Shown in pieces: positions 36,823 to 46,685 of a DNA stretch of 64,000 nt; positions within the stretch are counted from its first letter, which is position 1, and every line of letters begins with the position of its first letter. Below the pieces are notes generated by a model. It was not told the origin of the DNA and searched no databases. It saw only the letters and a list, made by a program, of their open reading frames with translations. This DNA is from a virus. The stretch spans positions 108,410 through 172,409 of IMG/VR virus record IMGVR_UViG_3300006916_000041. One strand, 5' to 3'. The translations under genes were made by a program, and so were the position numbers.

Positions 36823-38294
36823 ACTTCAACTCTATATTTTTTAGTCCAACGCTCTGCGTCTTGTCTAGTATTTACTAGAGGTTCGCCTCGAACATTGAGG
36901 CTAGTGTTCAACAACATCGGACAGCCTGTTTCAGCATACCAACGTTCTAGTAATTTCCTAATACCATGTTCACTGCCAGCAGGCACCGTTTGCACTCTAC
37001 TGGTGTTGTCATAGTGTATGATAGCAGGAAACTGTTCGGGCTTTTTACACTTGGCTACGTATTGCATAAAGTCTCCTACTCTGCCTTCAAAATAATCTTG
37101 TGCATGTTCTTCAAGTATCACAGGAGCAAACGGTCTGAATGCTTCTCTGTGTTTGATTGTGTTTACAAGGTCCTTAACATCACTTCCACGGGGATCAGCA
37201 AGAATACTACGGTTGCCAAGAGCCCTAGGGCCAAACTCAGCCCTACCAGATGCCACGGCTGTAATTTTTCTAGTGTGTAATTGTTCAAGTACTTTTTCAA
37301 CGGGGTACTCTCCTTCTATGTTATGTCCAAGGAAAGCGTGATCCATGTACATAAATTCTTTTTTATGTGCTAATACACATCCTATTGCACTGCCCGCATC
37401 ACCTGGGTTAGCTGGTACATGCACATTGGTAAAAAACTCTCCTGCTAGTGGATTTGCAACACAGTTAAGTGCGCAACCTCCTACCAGTATTATGTTACTG
37501 TACTTACCTTCTGTCATATGGTATACACTGCGACATAATTCAACAAATATTTCTTCGTATATACGCTGCACAGCCGCAGCGATGTCTGCATAGTCTTGAG
37601 GAGTGTTTAGATCAGATCTCCAATCTAAGCAACCTCTGTGACAGTTCTGTTTAAATGTTGTATATGGAAACAAACTTGTGGGCAGACCATCTATAAAATC
37701 ATTTTTTATATCTTCATATAATCTATCAGGATCACCTATTGCAGCCATACCCATGAGTATATACTCATGCTCTTGTGGCTTGAGTCCTATACGCTGTGTC
37801 ATAGCACTGTACCATATGCCTATGCTTTCTGGATAACGCTGACTCAACAGTTTGCGTAGCTTCCCGTCACTGCCTTCCCATATGCTAACAGTTTCCCATT
37901 CGCCTATGCTGTCAATTACTAGTATCAGTGCATCGTGCCAAGGACCTGTGTAGTATCCATATGCTGCATGACTCAAATGATGACTAGTTGTAGCACATTT
38001 AGGAGCGTTATTGATGAATTTGCGTATATATGTAGTAGGAGATTCTTTGCGTAGTAGTGTGTATTGTCCAGCACTAAACTGACGTGTCTTTTTAAGCAAA
38101 GGTCGTTCATAAAAATAGATTTTGTCAGGTTTGCCGTACAAATCAACAGCTTCTTCTATTAGTAAACTGTTCAAGTGTTTGTCATTCTTGATTCTACTGT
38201 AGCGTTCACTGTGTGCTGCAAATTCCAATCCCGTTTCACTAAACACAGCCAAACTAGCATCATGACTCATGCCAGTCCATCCCCAAGTAATCAT
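36807..38294 (-). CDS. NodU/CmcH/TobZ-family O-carbamoyltransferase
   Basis: HDAS, ERYSRIKND, HHLSHA, GGCALN, GDAGSAIG, EFGPRALGNRSILADP, FRPFAP, LNTSLN. Confidence 0.95.
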   Translation of the reverse strand: MITWGWTGMSHDASLAVFSETGLEFAAHSERYSRIKNDKHLNSLLIEEAVDLYGKPDKIYFYERPLLKKTRQFSAGQYTLLRKESPTTYIRKFINNAPKCATTSHHLSHAAYGYYTGPWHDALILVIDSIGEWETVSIWEGSDGKLRKLLSQRYPESIGIWYSAMTQRIGLKPQEHEYILMGMAAIGDPDRLYEDIKNDFIDGLPTSLFPYTTFKQNCHRGCLDWRSDLNTPQDYADIAAAVQRIYEEIFVELCRSVYHMTEGKYSNIILVGGCALNCVANPLAGEFFTNVHVPANPGDAGSAIGCVLAHKKEFMYMDHAFLGHNIEGEYPVEKVLEQLHTRKITAVASGRAEFGPRALGNRSILADPRGSDVKDLVNTIKHREAFRPFAPVILEEHAQDYFEGRVGDFMQYVAKCKKPEQFPAIIHYDNTSRVQTVPAGSEHGIRKLLERWYAETGCPMLLNTSLNVRGEPLVNTRQDAERWTKKYRVEVCLPD

Positions 38295-38719
38295 TTTTTA
38301 TCTCCACACACACCGTATATACCTGTTGTATCTTCTGGTAAGGGTATATCTTCTAAGTCTAACCAAACTGCTCGTTTGTGTCTAGGAAAATTTCCTGGGT
38401 AACACCATATGTGTCCGTCGTTGGTTAGTGTAACTGTATCTGTATCATGCCAAAAGCAACGTGTACGCATGTCTAACAGCATTTGTAGTGCGTCTAAATC
38501 TTTTGCATGACACCACACACCAGGCTCTTGTAAAAATCCCGTGTTGGCAATTTGCAGCGGTTCGTCGTGTCCTAGGTATAGCAACCCACGATGTGCTCGT
38601 ACATCTACTTCAACGTCATAACCTTTGTCGTAGTACGCAAACTCTACGTAGTCCTTGGTGTTCTCCCATGCAGGTTGTACGCCTTGCCAGTTACCTCTGT
38701 GTGCTATGAATTTAACCAT
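38291..38719 (-). CDS. Glycerophosphodiester phosphodiesterase-like (PLC-like) protein
   Basis: IAHRGN, EN, DVEVDV, LGHD, WCHAK. Confidence 0.7.
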   Translation of the reverse strand: MVKFIAHRGNWQGVQPAWENTKDYVEFAYYDKGYDVEVDVRAHRGLLYLGHDEPLQIANTGFLQEPGVWCHAKDLDALQMLLDMRTRCFWHDTDTVTLTNDGHIWCYPGNFPRHKRAVWLDLEDIPLPEDTTGIYGVCGDKK

Positions 38720-39399
38720 AAATCTAAATCCTCCGGTGTACCAACTCCATACATGTGTTCGATAGGAACTCGTACTACACGCCCTCCAACAGCAATAGTT
38801 TGGTTGTATGTTGGTGCAAGATAAAATTCGCCATTTACACGTTCATTGTTTGCGATCATTTGGTTGGCACTGTTCTTAAATGTTTTCCATTGGCTCCAGT
38901 AGTAGTGTCCACTTGTAGCATGTGTACTAATAGGATTTTTTTCTGCTACTTCCACAACTATGTCGTTTTCTGTTCTAGCATAACTCCATTTAGGATCACG
39001 CTCTGGACATTCAAAAGTCATAATAACTCCATCGTTGTGCATTTGTTCAGTGAACAAACTGCTATCCCAATCAATAAACTGATCACAGTTTGTAACAAAC
39101 ATTGCATCCTCTGAATTCATATAAGGATCTGCTGTTAACACACTACAGGCTGCACCTTGTGTTAGCGCATCAAGTTCAACAACATGTGCATGGGGATAGT
39201 AATCACGTATACCATCTGCTATGTTATGCTCTTTTCTAGTAATAAAAATATGATTGTCAAACTCTAAGTCAACGCTTTCTACTGCTCGTACAAACATTGG
39301 CTTGCCACGTACATCTATTAGTGGTTTTGGAACAGTATAGCCTTGTTCACGAAAGCGACTGCCTTCGCCTGCCATTGGCATTATTAAATTAAAATTCAT
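38704..39399 (-). CDS. Sugar-phosphate nucleotidyltransferase (GT-A/NTP_transferase family)
   Basis: PMAGEGSRF, PKPLIDV, TQGAA, NCD, VAEK, NGEFY, GTPEDL. Confidence 0.85.
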   Translation of the reverse strand: MNFNLIMPMAGEGSRFREQGYTVPKPLIDVRGKPMFVRAVESVDLEFDNHIFITRKEHNIADGIRDYYPHAHVVELDALTQGAACSVLTADPYMNSEDAMFVTNCDQFIDWDSSLFTEQMHNDGVIMTFECPERDPKWSYARTENDIVVEVAEKNPISTHATSGHYYWSQWKTFKNSANQMIANNERVNGEFYLAPTYNQTIAVGGRVVRVPIEHMYGVGTPEDLDLWLNS

Positions 39400-39413
39400 A
39401 AATTTACCTCTTA

Positions 39414-40505
39414 TTATCTCTGTTTATATACAGATAAGTTACCTAGATATACCTTAGGGTGGTTAAAAATATCATCCTTTAATATGTTCAAAAATAAATT
39501 AAACTCAGGATGTTCAATTTTCCATATAGCATGTTCATCAAATTGTTTCTTATCCCATGTGTTCCAATCATTTAATTTAGAAAAATGGATACTAGAAGCA
39601 TTGTCAAAATTTTCTAAGATCAGCTCGATGTACGTTTTCATTTCTTTGTAATTGTCTTTCTGAACAACGAAATCAAAGTGTATATTAAAATTGGAAATTT
39701 CTTTTGAACGCTCATTTAAATATCTACAGTTTTCTATCAATAATTCCCAATTGCCGCCTAGTCTTGTTTTATTTTCATATGTTTCTTTGGTCCCTGCATC
39801 AAAACTAATTCTGCAATTGTGTAAATTGTGTTGTATTTTTTCTAACTTCTTCCACATTTTTGATGTGAACATTACTCCGTTTGTATTCAAATTAATAATC
39901 AAGTTGGGGAAATCATGTCCATTTATATTTTCTAACATTTCTCTGTATATTACACTAGCAAAAGGATCACCACTTCCAGTTACATATATTTCAAATTTTC
40001 TATCAGTGGGTGTTTTTAAAAAAATTTCACAAATCTTATCATTTATTTTTTTCTTCTGAATATACTCAGCTGATTCTCTACTTAATAGTATCTTTTCTAA
40101 CCTACAACTAGGGCAGTAAAGATTACAACTCCTATCTTCACTAAAATGTATCGATGTAGGCATTTCTTCTAAGATAACTTTGTTTTTTTTAATAGCATCT
40201 TTAGAATAATCTGTTAAAAAACGATCGTTGTTAATGTCTTCAAGTAACGGCAACGAGTCAGACACTATATATGGACAAAGATCATGATTACAATAGCACC
40301 AATCTCCTGTATACACTTGATTTCTCAAATTTTGAGACACTTCTCCGTTCCATATTTCTTGAAAGTCATCTGTTAAAATATTTCCTATTTTTTCTGGTAA
40401 CCACGCAGGACAACATATCCAACATGAACCATCAGTTGATATTTCTAGAAAACTAAAAAGTTTATGACAGTACTTGTTTTTAGTGTTGTTGACTAGATTT
40501 TTCAT
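39414..40505 (-). CDS. Radical SAM protein with N-terminal SPASM-like domain
   Basis: YC...ICC...IGNI...YC-x3-LCP, CNLYCPSC, GSGDPF, NTNG. Confidence 0.9.
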   Translation of the reverse strand: MKNLVNNTKNKYCHKLFSFLEISTDGSCWICCPAWLPEKIGNILTDDFQEIWNGEVSQNLRNQVYTGDWCYCNHDLCPYIVSDSLPLLEDINNDRFLTDYSKDAIKKNKVILEEMPTSIHFSEDRSCNLYCPSCRLEKILLSRESAEYIQKKKINDKICEIFLKTPTDRKFEIYVTGSGDPFASVIYREMLENINGHDFPNLIINLNTNGVMFTSKMWKKLEKIQHNLHNCRISFDAGTKETYENKTRLGGNWELLIENCRYLNERSKEISNFNIHFDFVVQKDNYKEMKTYIELILENFDNASSIHFSKLNDWNTWDKKQFDEHAIWKIEHPEFNLFLNILKDDIFNHPKVYLGNLSVYKQR

Positions 40506-41353
40506 GTGTGTTTTAATACTAGAGTATTATTTCCATTTTGATTAAAATTTTTAATTATATTATAACCTATCAACTGATTATCATTGCTTTTATTCTTAGC
40601 AATAGAAACATACGGTCCCCAACAAGGTACATTGTGTTTATCACATTCATCGACAAAAGAATCAACACACGGCTCTTGTTTTGCAGATCCATTTAGTTCG
40701 ATAGTATCAACTAAATTTTGATAATGACTTATTTCTGGATGATCAACTTTTCCGGAGATCCTATATTTCTCATACTGCGGACGACCAATGTCGTAAAATG
40801 GTATAGCTATCGAATCTTTGATAAATCCGGTGTCTTCTGGTTTAATTTTGTATTCATTCAATGATGACGTATCTTTATATAATTTGATATTATGCAAATA
40901 AAAAAATTGATATAAAAATTCTATTTTATGTACTGCCGTATTGATATGCGAATAATCAATTGATTTACTGCGAAGTTTCAAGTTTATTATATCATATATT
41001 TCTTTAGTGTCTTGATCAAATATAGGAAGATGCATTTCTAAAGATTGCTTTGTTATATGTGCCCACTGCTCATGTGTACGTTGCAAGAAAGCAGTATCAT
41101 AAATTGTCGAAAGTTCATAATGCCATTTATCTGGAAGGTTTTCAGTTACTGAAATACTGTTAACTTCTTCAAGTATATTGTTAAGATAAGATGTGACCTC
41201 TAACCATTTATTATAATGACTATTAATTGCGTGTTCATTGAAATTTAATATTATTTCATTTGAACTGTTAAATGCCCAACTAACCCACCTATCAACAAAA
41301 TTTGTATTATAGTAATCCAAATCAACTTCATTATTATTAAAACTTAGTATCAT
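40502..41353 (-). CDS. Hypothetical protein, distant paralog of 44353..45420
   Basis: 283 aa; HEQW, INTAVHKIE, YDIGR correspond to HHHF, LNHFCHEIE, YSQIGK. Confidence 0.7.
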   Translation of the reverse strand: MILSFNNNEVDLDYYNTNFVDRWVSWAFNSSNEIILNFNEHAINSHYNKWLEVTSYLNNILEEVNSISVTENLPDKWHYELSTIYDTAFLQRTHEQWAHITKQSLEMHLPIFDQDTKEIYDIINLKLRSKSIDYSHINTAVHKIEFLYQFFYLHNIKLYKDTSSLNEYKIKPEDTGFIKDSIAIPFYDIGRPQYEKYRISGKVDHPEISHYQNLVDTIELNGSAKQEPCVDSFVDECDKHNVPCWGPYVSIAKNKSNDNQLIGYNIIKNFNQNGNNTLVLKHT

Positions 41354-42112
41354 TTAATTCTCCACAACATGACTTACAAAAATCTCAAAATTTGATGTTG
41401 TCATGTATTCCCAAACTTTCCCATTAAACTCCTTATATTCTTTATTATAATATAGTCCGTTAAACGGCTGAGTTTTGTAATTTGTTTCTATAATGGTTTC
41501 TAAATGATTTTGTAAATAGTCCGACTTATCTTTTGTTTTACATATTATAGTTTCTTTTTGACTAAAGCACAAGGGATACGCATATCCCTTTTCTATTAGA
41601 TTAATAACTAACATTATTCTTTCTAATCCACAATTAACCCTAGTGTCATCTATTATTATTACTGCATCATCTGTCAGATTTTTTTCTATTAGTTGAACAA
41701 CATCATTGAAATTTATTACACAATCAATTCTCATTACAGATATGTTATTTTTATACTTTTCATTGAAACTATCTGATTTAATTAACATTGATATATCATT
41801 GTCATATATATCACTTATTTTTACATCTGAATACTGTTTTTCAATGAAAGATTTAAGTTGAATTTTGTTAATTGGCCAATCATAATTCTCAGACGAAAAA
41901 TTAGAATCAATCCAGTTGAAGTTTTCTACTAATATCCATTCACAATTTTTAACGTTAAGCTCGGTCTGAACTCTAGTCCAGCCGCCTGAGCCTGCTCCTA
42001 GTTCTAGTATTTTTATATTTTTATCTCTTGATAGTTCATGTAATATGATACTTTGAACTATCATATCATTTAATTCTGCCATAACTTGACATTTTTTAAT
42101 TAAGTTTGTCAT
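41354..42112 (-). CDS. Class I SAM-dependent methyltransferase
   Basis: KILELGAGSGGW, RID, AVIIIDD. Confidence 0.7.
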   Translation of the reverse strand: MTNLIKKCQVMAELNDMIVQSIILHELSRDKNIKILELGAGSGGWTRVQTELNVKNCEWILVENFNWIDSNFSSENYDWPINKIQLKSFIEKQYSDVKISDIYDNDISMLIKSDSFNEKYKNNISVMRIDCVINFNDVVQLIEKNLTDDAVIIIDDTRVNCGLERIMLVINLIEKGYAYPLCFSQKETIICKTKDKSDYLQNHLETIIETNYKTQPFNGLYYNKEYKEFNGKVWEYMTTSNFEIFVSHVVEN

Positions 42113-43254
42113 ATATATAAAATATCCCTAGGGCTTTTATTCTTTAAACACATCGATGTACATGTAGTAAGTCTTCCGTTACAATGTGAAAGTTCCCATA
42201 ATTTTTCTATCTTAGATAAAAAATCTGTTTCTAATATTTGTTTTACAGTATAATTTTTAGCATTTGTTTTTTCTAAATCAATGTTTTTTTCTAACCATTT
42301 ATTATATTGTACATTATTTAAATCAAGTGATACATTCTGGCTTCCTATTCCTAAAAAACAACAAGGATGAACATTTCCGTTACTATCAATATAAATTTCT
42401 TTATTGTTTTTTGTCATGCATGATATTTCTGTGCCATCTAAATCAACAAAACGTTCGCCGTGTTCTTTTAATACCAATTCAGTAAACTTATTATTATTAT
42501 CCAGTCTCCACTCATATGATTCCATTGGCAGTGTATCTACATGTTTTGTATTTTTTTCGTTTGTAAAAATATCATTATTAAAATTTTTGTCGGACGATTG
42601 TTCAATGAAATAATCTATATCTCCTTTTTTGTCTAAGACTCTCATTGCTGAAAAACCCTGTAATGGAGTGTCAAACCCAAAAGGTCTTTTAAATCGTATG
42701 GCAGAAAAACCCATTTTTTCAGAAAGTTCTCTTGCTTCGTCAATTTGATGTTGGTTGTGTTTAAAAATTAAAAATTCCCAAACTGCATTGCCGCCGCCAT
42801 CAATGAAAGACTGCATGTTTTCTTTTAATCTTTCCCAAATTACACCACGCCTGTATATATGATTTGTATCTTCTAATCCATCTACACTAAAGGTAACTGA
42901 TAATTTTGGATTTATTGATCCAAGTCGCTTCCACCATTCAGGCGATCTTATTCCTCCGTTTGTATGAATACTAATTAATAGATTTGGATTTTGCATTTTT
43001 AAATATTCTAATATATCTGGTATTTCTTTGCAAAAAATTGGATCTCCATAATTTCCGCACATCAAAATTTTATCAAGTTGTTTACTTGTTTCTTCATTAA
43101 ATATTTTAACAAAATCATCATAACTCATGGTTCTTGTTATTAATCCAGGCACTGTATATCCACCGTCGACATTTCTTGGACATACAGGACATGCTGCATT
43201 ACATGCACTGCTTAATTCTATGTGTATTGTTTTTAACTCTTCAAATTTAATCAT
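42109..43254 (-). CDS. Radical SAM protein with C-terminal Cys cluster
   Basis: CNAACPVC, CGNYGDP, HTNGG, FSVDGL; PCC...CTSMC. Confidence 0.92.
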   Translation of the reverse strand: MIKFEELKTIHIELSSACNAACPVCPRNVDGGYTVPGLITRTMSYDDFVKIFNEETSKQLDKILMCGNYGDPIFCKEIPDILEYLKMQNPNLLISIHTNGGIRSPEWWKRLGSINPKLSVTFSVDGLEDTNHIYRRGVIWERLKENMQSFIDGGGNAVWEFLIFKHNQHQIDEARELSEKMGFSAIRFKRPFGFDTPLQGFSAMRVLDKKGDIDYFIEQSSDKNFNNDIFTNEKNTKHVDTLPMESYEWRLDNNNKFTELVLKEHGERFVDLDGTEISCMTKNNKEIYIDSNGNVHPCCFLGIGSQNVSLDLNNVQYNKWLEKNIDLEKTNAKNYTVKQILETDFLSKIEKLWELSHCNGRLTTCTSMCLKNKSPRDILYI

Positions 43255-44360
43255 GATTCTATACGAAGACCTTTTCTTAAATTATTTTTCATTGAGCACA
43301 TTGTAGCACATGTATAAAATTTACTATCCGTGTCCCATGTTTGTTTTATCTTTTTAAAATAATCGGATTCTATAATTTGTTTCAATGAATATTTTTTTGC
43401 ATTTATATTATCAATTCCGATATTTTCTTGTAGCCATTTCACAAATTGCAGTTCCTCTGGATCGTGTAGTACGTCAGACTGACCGCCAAAACCAAACCAG
43501 CAACACGGAAATACATTATATAATGCATCTATATATATTTCTTTTTGTTTTATAGCATGACAGTTTATTTTATTGTCCCAGGACCTACTATTTATATGTG
43601 CATTTTTAGATTTTATTTTTGTAGTAATATATTTGTTATATTCACAATCATGTTTTACTAAATCTATTTTCTCACTGTCAAACGGCTTATTTACAAAATC
43701 ATCATCACCTGGCATTACGAAATATTCAAATTTTCCGTCATTGTCAATGACATTTATTGCAGGAACTGAAGTAAGTGGATTATTAAATCCATATGGTCGC
43801 TTGGGAATAAATTCAACAAATCCAAGTTCATCGGCATACTCTTTAGCTCGGTCAGTCTGATGTTGGTTGTGTTTAAAAATTAAAAATTCCCAACGAGCTA
43901 TGCCGCCAGCATTTATATATGCAGCAACATTAGTCATAAGTTTATTCCAATTAACATTACGTCTATATATGTGGTTAGTATCTTCTAAACCATCGATACT
44001 AAAAATAACATTTGTGTCATATGAAGCTAGTTGCTGCCACCAGTCTGGATTTCGTAAACCTCCATTTGTATGAATTATGATGTTTACTGTTTTATTATGA
44101 GTTCTTATGTATTCTAAAATTTTATTAAGGTCCTGGCACGACATAGGATCACCGTATCTACCAACCAATAAAATTTGAGTTAGCTTACTTATAAATTCTG
44201 GGTCAAAAATATCTAAGAAATCATCAAAAGTAAATGTATTGTGTTTAATATACGGCTGGTCATATCCACCCATTACATTTCTTGGACATACAGGACATGC
44301 TGCATTGCACAGTGTACTTAATTCTACATGTATTTTTTTGATTTCATTATAATTAAACAT
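43251..44360 (-). CDS. Radical SAM protein, tandem paralog of 42109..43254
   Basis: CNAACPVC, GRYGDP, HTNGG, FSIDGL; PCC...CATMC. Confidence 0.92.
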   Translation of the reverse strand: MFNYNEIKKIHVELSTLCNAACPVCPRNVMGGYDQPYIKHNTFTFDDFLDIFDPEFISKLTQILLVGRYGDPMSCQDLNKILEYIRTHNKTVNIIIHTNGGLRNPDWWQQLASYDTNVIFSIDGLEDTNHIYRRNVNWNKLMTNVAAYINAGGIARWEFLIFKHNQHQTDRAKEYADELGFVEFIPKRPYGFNNPLTSVPAINVIDNDGKFEYFVMPGDDDFVNKPFDSEKIDLVKHDCEYNKYITTKIKSKNAHINSRSWDNKINCHAIKQKEIYIDALYNVFPCCWFGFGGQSDVLHDPEELQFVKWLQENIGIDNINAKKYSLKQIIESDYFKKIKQTWDTDSKFYTCATMCSMKNNLRKGLRIES

Positions 44361-45420
44361 GCTCTTTTACTGTTTCAACATAGAGCTTTTTCTTTTCAGA
44401 TTCATAAAGATCTCGCCATGTATAATCGTACCGTTTGCGCCCAATTTCTTCAGTATCATCATAAAGTGCAATTTCCCATAAGTCATCAAATTGATACAAT
44501 TGTTTCATAATATCAATGTCTTCCATATCAGGAAAATTATCTCTGTTAATTTCTCCGAAAAAACATTGACCCAGGGCAAGTGATTTATCTTTCATATTTA
44601 TCTGACCTTCCATTAACCATGTTTGAAATTTATCCCACACTGTATGATCTTGGTCAGGTATAATATTAAAAACAATATCAAATTCACCACTTAAATAACG
44701 GTGACCTGTAATATTTTCATCGTAAATATCTCCATCTTCATCAAAAAATACTTCCCAATGAGTTTTTCCAATTTGACTATAGTGAATTCGAATCTCACCA
44801 AATTTTGGCCAACGATATTCAAAATAATCCCAGTCGCCTTCCTCAAGACTCATGTCGTGGCGTATCGGCGGATACATTGGAAGAATGAGACTTGTATTAG
44901 TAGAAGGTTGTTCACTATTAAGTGATTCATATGCACGTTCAAGTGCTTCTATTTCATGACAAAAGTGATTTAATTGTCTAACACTGTATTTACGAGGTTC
45001 ATCAAACATTTTATACCATTCACTGATATTCCAAACTTGGCCTTGTAATATTTCAAAATGATGATGAATAGCATTCATTTTTTCTCTTGTTATAGAATCA
45101 GGACTAAACCACAGATCAATAAAATAGTCATAATTGTTTTCTTTACAATGTGAGTTGATTTGATGAATATGGAAATTAAGTTCATCGCAGAGATATTTAA
45201 AATCTCTATTATTTGAACTATCAGTGTTTACCCATCCATGAAACATAAAATTCTTTTCAATGACACTTTTATTATCTTCAGATAGATAATCTTCTAATAG
45301 ATAGTTTGCCCACTTTTGCGCTACTGGTATATCTTTGATATCAAAATACACAGGTTGTGTATCTCCAGTAATACTGTTTCTCATAAGAATTTCTAATTTT
45401 TTAATTGTTTTTTTTGTCAT
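44353..45420 (-). CDS. Hypothetical protein
   Basis: 355-aa ORF with His-rich motifs (AIHHHFE, NHFCHEIE); AGAAAG RBS. Confidence 0.75.
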   Translation of the reverse strand: MTKKTIKKLEILMRNSITGDTQPVYFDIKDIPVAQKWANYLLEDYLSEDNKSVIEKNFMFHGWVNTDSSNNRDFKYLCDELNFHIHQINSHCKENNYDYFIDLWFSPDSITREKMNAIHHHFEILQGQVWNISEWYKMFDEPRKYSVRQLNHFCHEIEALERAYESLNSEQPSTNTSLILPMYPPIRHDMSLEEGDWDYFEYRWPKFGEIRIHYSQIGKTHWEVFFDEDGDIYDENITGHRYLSGEFDIVFNIIPDQDHTVWDKFQTWLMEGQINMKDKSLALGQCFFGEINRDNFPDMEDIDIMKQLYQFDDLWEIALYDDTEEIGRKRYDYTWRDLYESEKKKLYVETVKEHV

Positions 45421-45471
45421 TTTACTTTCTTTCTATTATAAAGTTTGTAATCTTAATTCTAATCTTAACTT

Positions 45472-46683
45472 TTATTTCTCTGTTATTTCTGACAATGGAT
45501 AAAAAGAAAAATAGTCAATTTTTCTTCTTTGTGACATTGCTTTCCAATATGAAAAAAATTGCGAATCAGGAACACATGTACCAGTACGTTGATACATATT
45601 ATCTAAATGCTGATGTACTTGTTTTACTTTAAATTTGTTTACACCATCTACTGTATTTATGATATCATTAAATACTTGTTTAATTTTTTTAATATCTACT
45701 AATTTAGTAGGACAATAAGACAAATCTGTAAATCCGTTCTGTACATTGTTCAATGAGAAATTCCAGGTTTTTGTGTAGTCATCTTTTCCAAGTATATCAA
45801 AACACCATAATAAAAACTCATCAAAATTAGAGAAGCTAAACAAACTAAATGTTGTTGTTATGTATAGATGGTCTACCTGAGATTTTACTGCACGTAAATT
45901 ATTTTCAAACGTGTGGAAATCTAGATGATATCTTACAGCTTCAGCACGCTCGTGAATATCTTCGATACTAACACTGAGATTCCATTCAAATATATCTTTA
46001 GTAGCATTTATTGTCAACAATAATTTTTTTAACAGTGCTGGTTTACAATTTAAATTTGTTGTTATCATCAATACCGGCTTGTTTTCGAAGTGTCCGCATA
46101 TTTGACTCAAATATGAGATAATGTCATATGTGTCTGTGATCAGAAGAGGCTCTCCTCCTAGTAAATTAAATATTAGTTTTCTATCTTTATCAAAACCTCC
46201 AATATAGTTTTTCAAATTTTCTAATATTTGTTGTTTCCAGTTTTGGTCAATCGTATTCTTTACAGGTTGTCCCAATTCTTTTGCCCACATTGTACTACTC
46301 CAAGGCCCACAATATATACATGCAAGATCACAGCTATTTCCGATGTCTAAATCAATGTAAGAAGTTCGAGATATTGTTTTTAATTGTGGTTTTACATTTG
46401 TAATATATTGATCATCCCATATATTCCATACTTTTTTAATATTATCTGGCGCTGTGTCAATACACCACTGGCAGTTAGGAGGAAGTTGATTGTCATCAAG
46501 GCTTATTTTTCTGTTTAAAATATTTTGTTCGTGAAAATCAAACACACGTTCTTTTAGTGTGTCGATTTCCTCAAATGATATAGGTTGAGCAGTTTGCTTA
46601 CAACAATGCTGAAAAGTTTGTTTTTGGAAATTAATGTTTAAGTCAGTCCACATTTTGCTGCACACATTGTACTTAGAATCCAT
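45472..46683 (-). CDS. Radical SAM protein with N-terminal twitch-like domain
   Basis: VC...HCC...CQWC, CDLACIYC, LGGEP, TTN. Confidence 0.9.
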   Translation of the reverse strand: MDSKYNVCSKMWTDLNINFQKQTFQHCCKQTAQPISFEEIDTLKERVFDFHEQNILNRKISLDDNQLPPNCQWCIDTAPDNIKKVWNIWDDQYITNVKPQLKTISRTSYIDLDIGNSCDLACIYCGPWSSTMWAKELGQPVKNTIDQNWKQQILENLKNYIGGFDKDRKLIFNLLGGEPLLITDTYDIISYLSQICGHFENKPVLMITTNLNCKPALLKKLLLTINATKDIFEWNLSVSIEDIHERAEAVRYHLDFHTFENNLRAVKSQVDHLYITTTFSLFSFSNFDEFLLWCFDILGKDDYTKTWNFSLNNVQNGFTDLSYCPTKLVDIKKIKQVFNDIINTVDGVNKFKVKQVHQHLDNMYQRTGTCVPDSQFFSYWKAMSQRRKIDYFSFYPLSEITEK

Positions 46684-46685
46684 CT

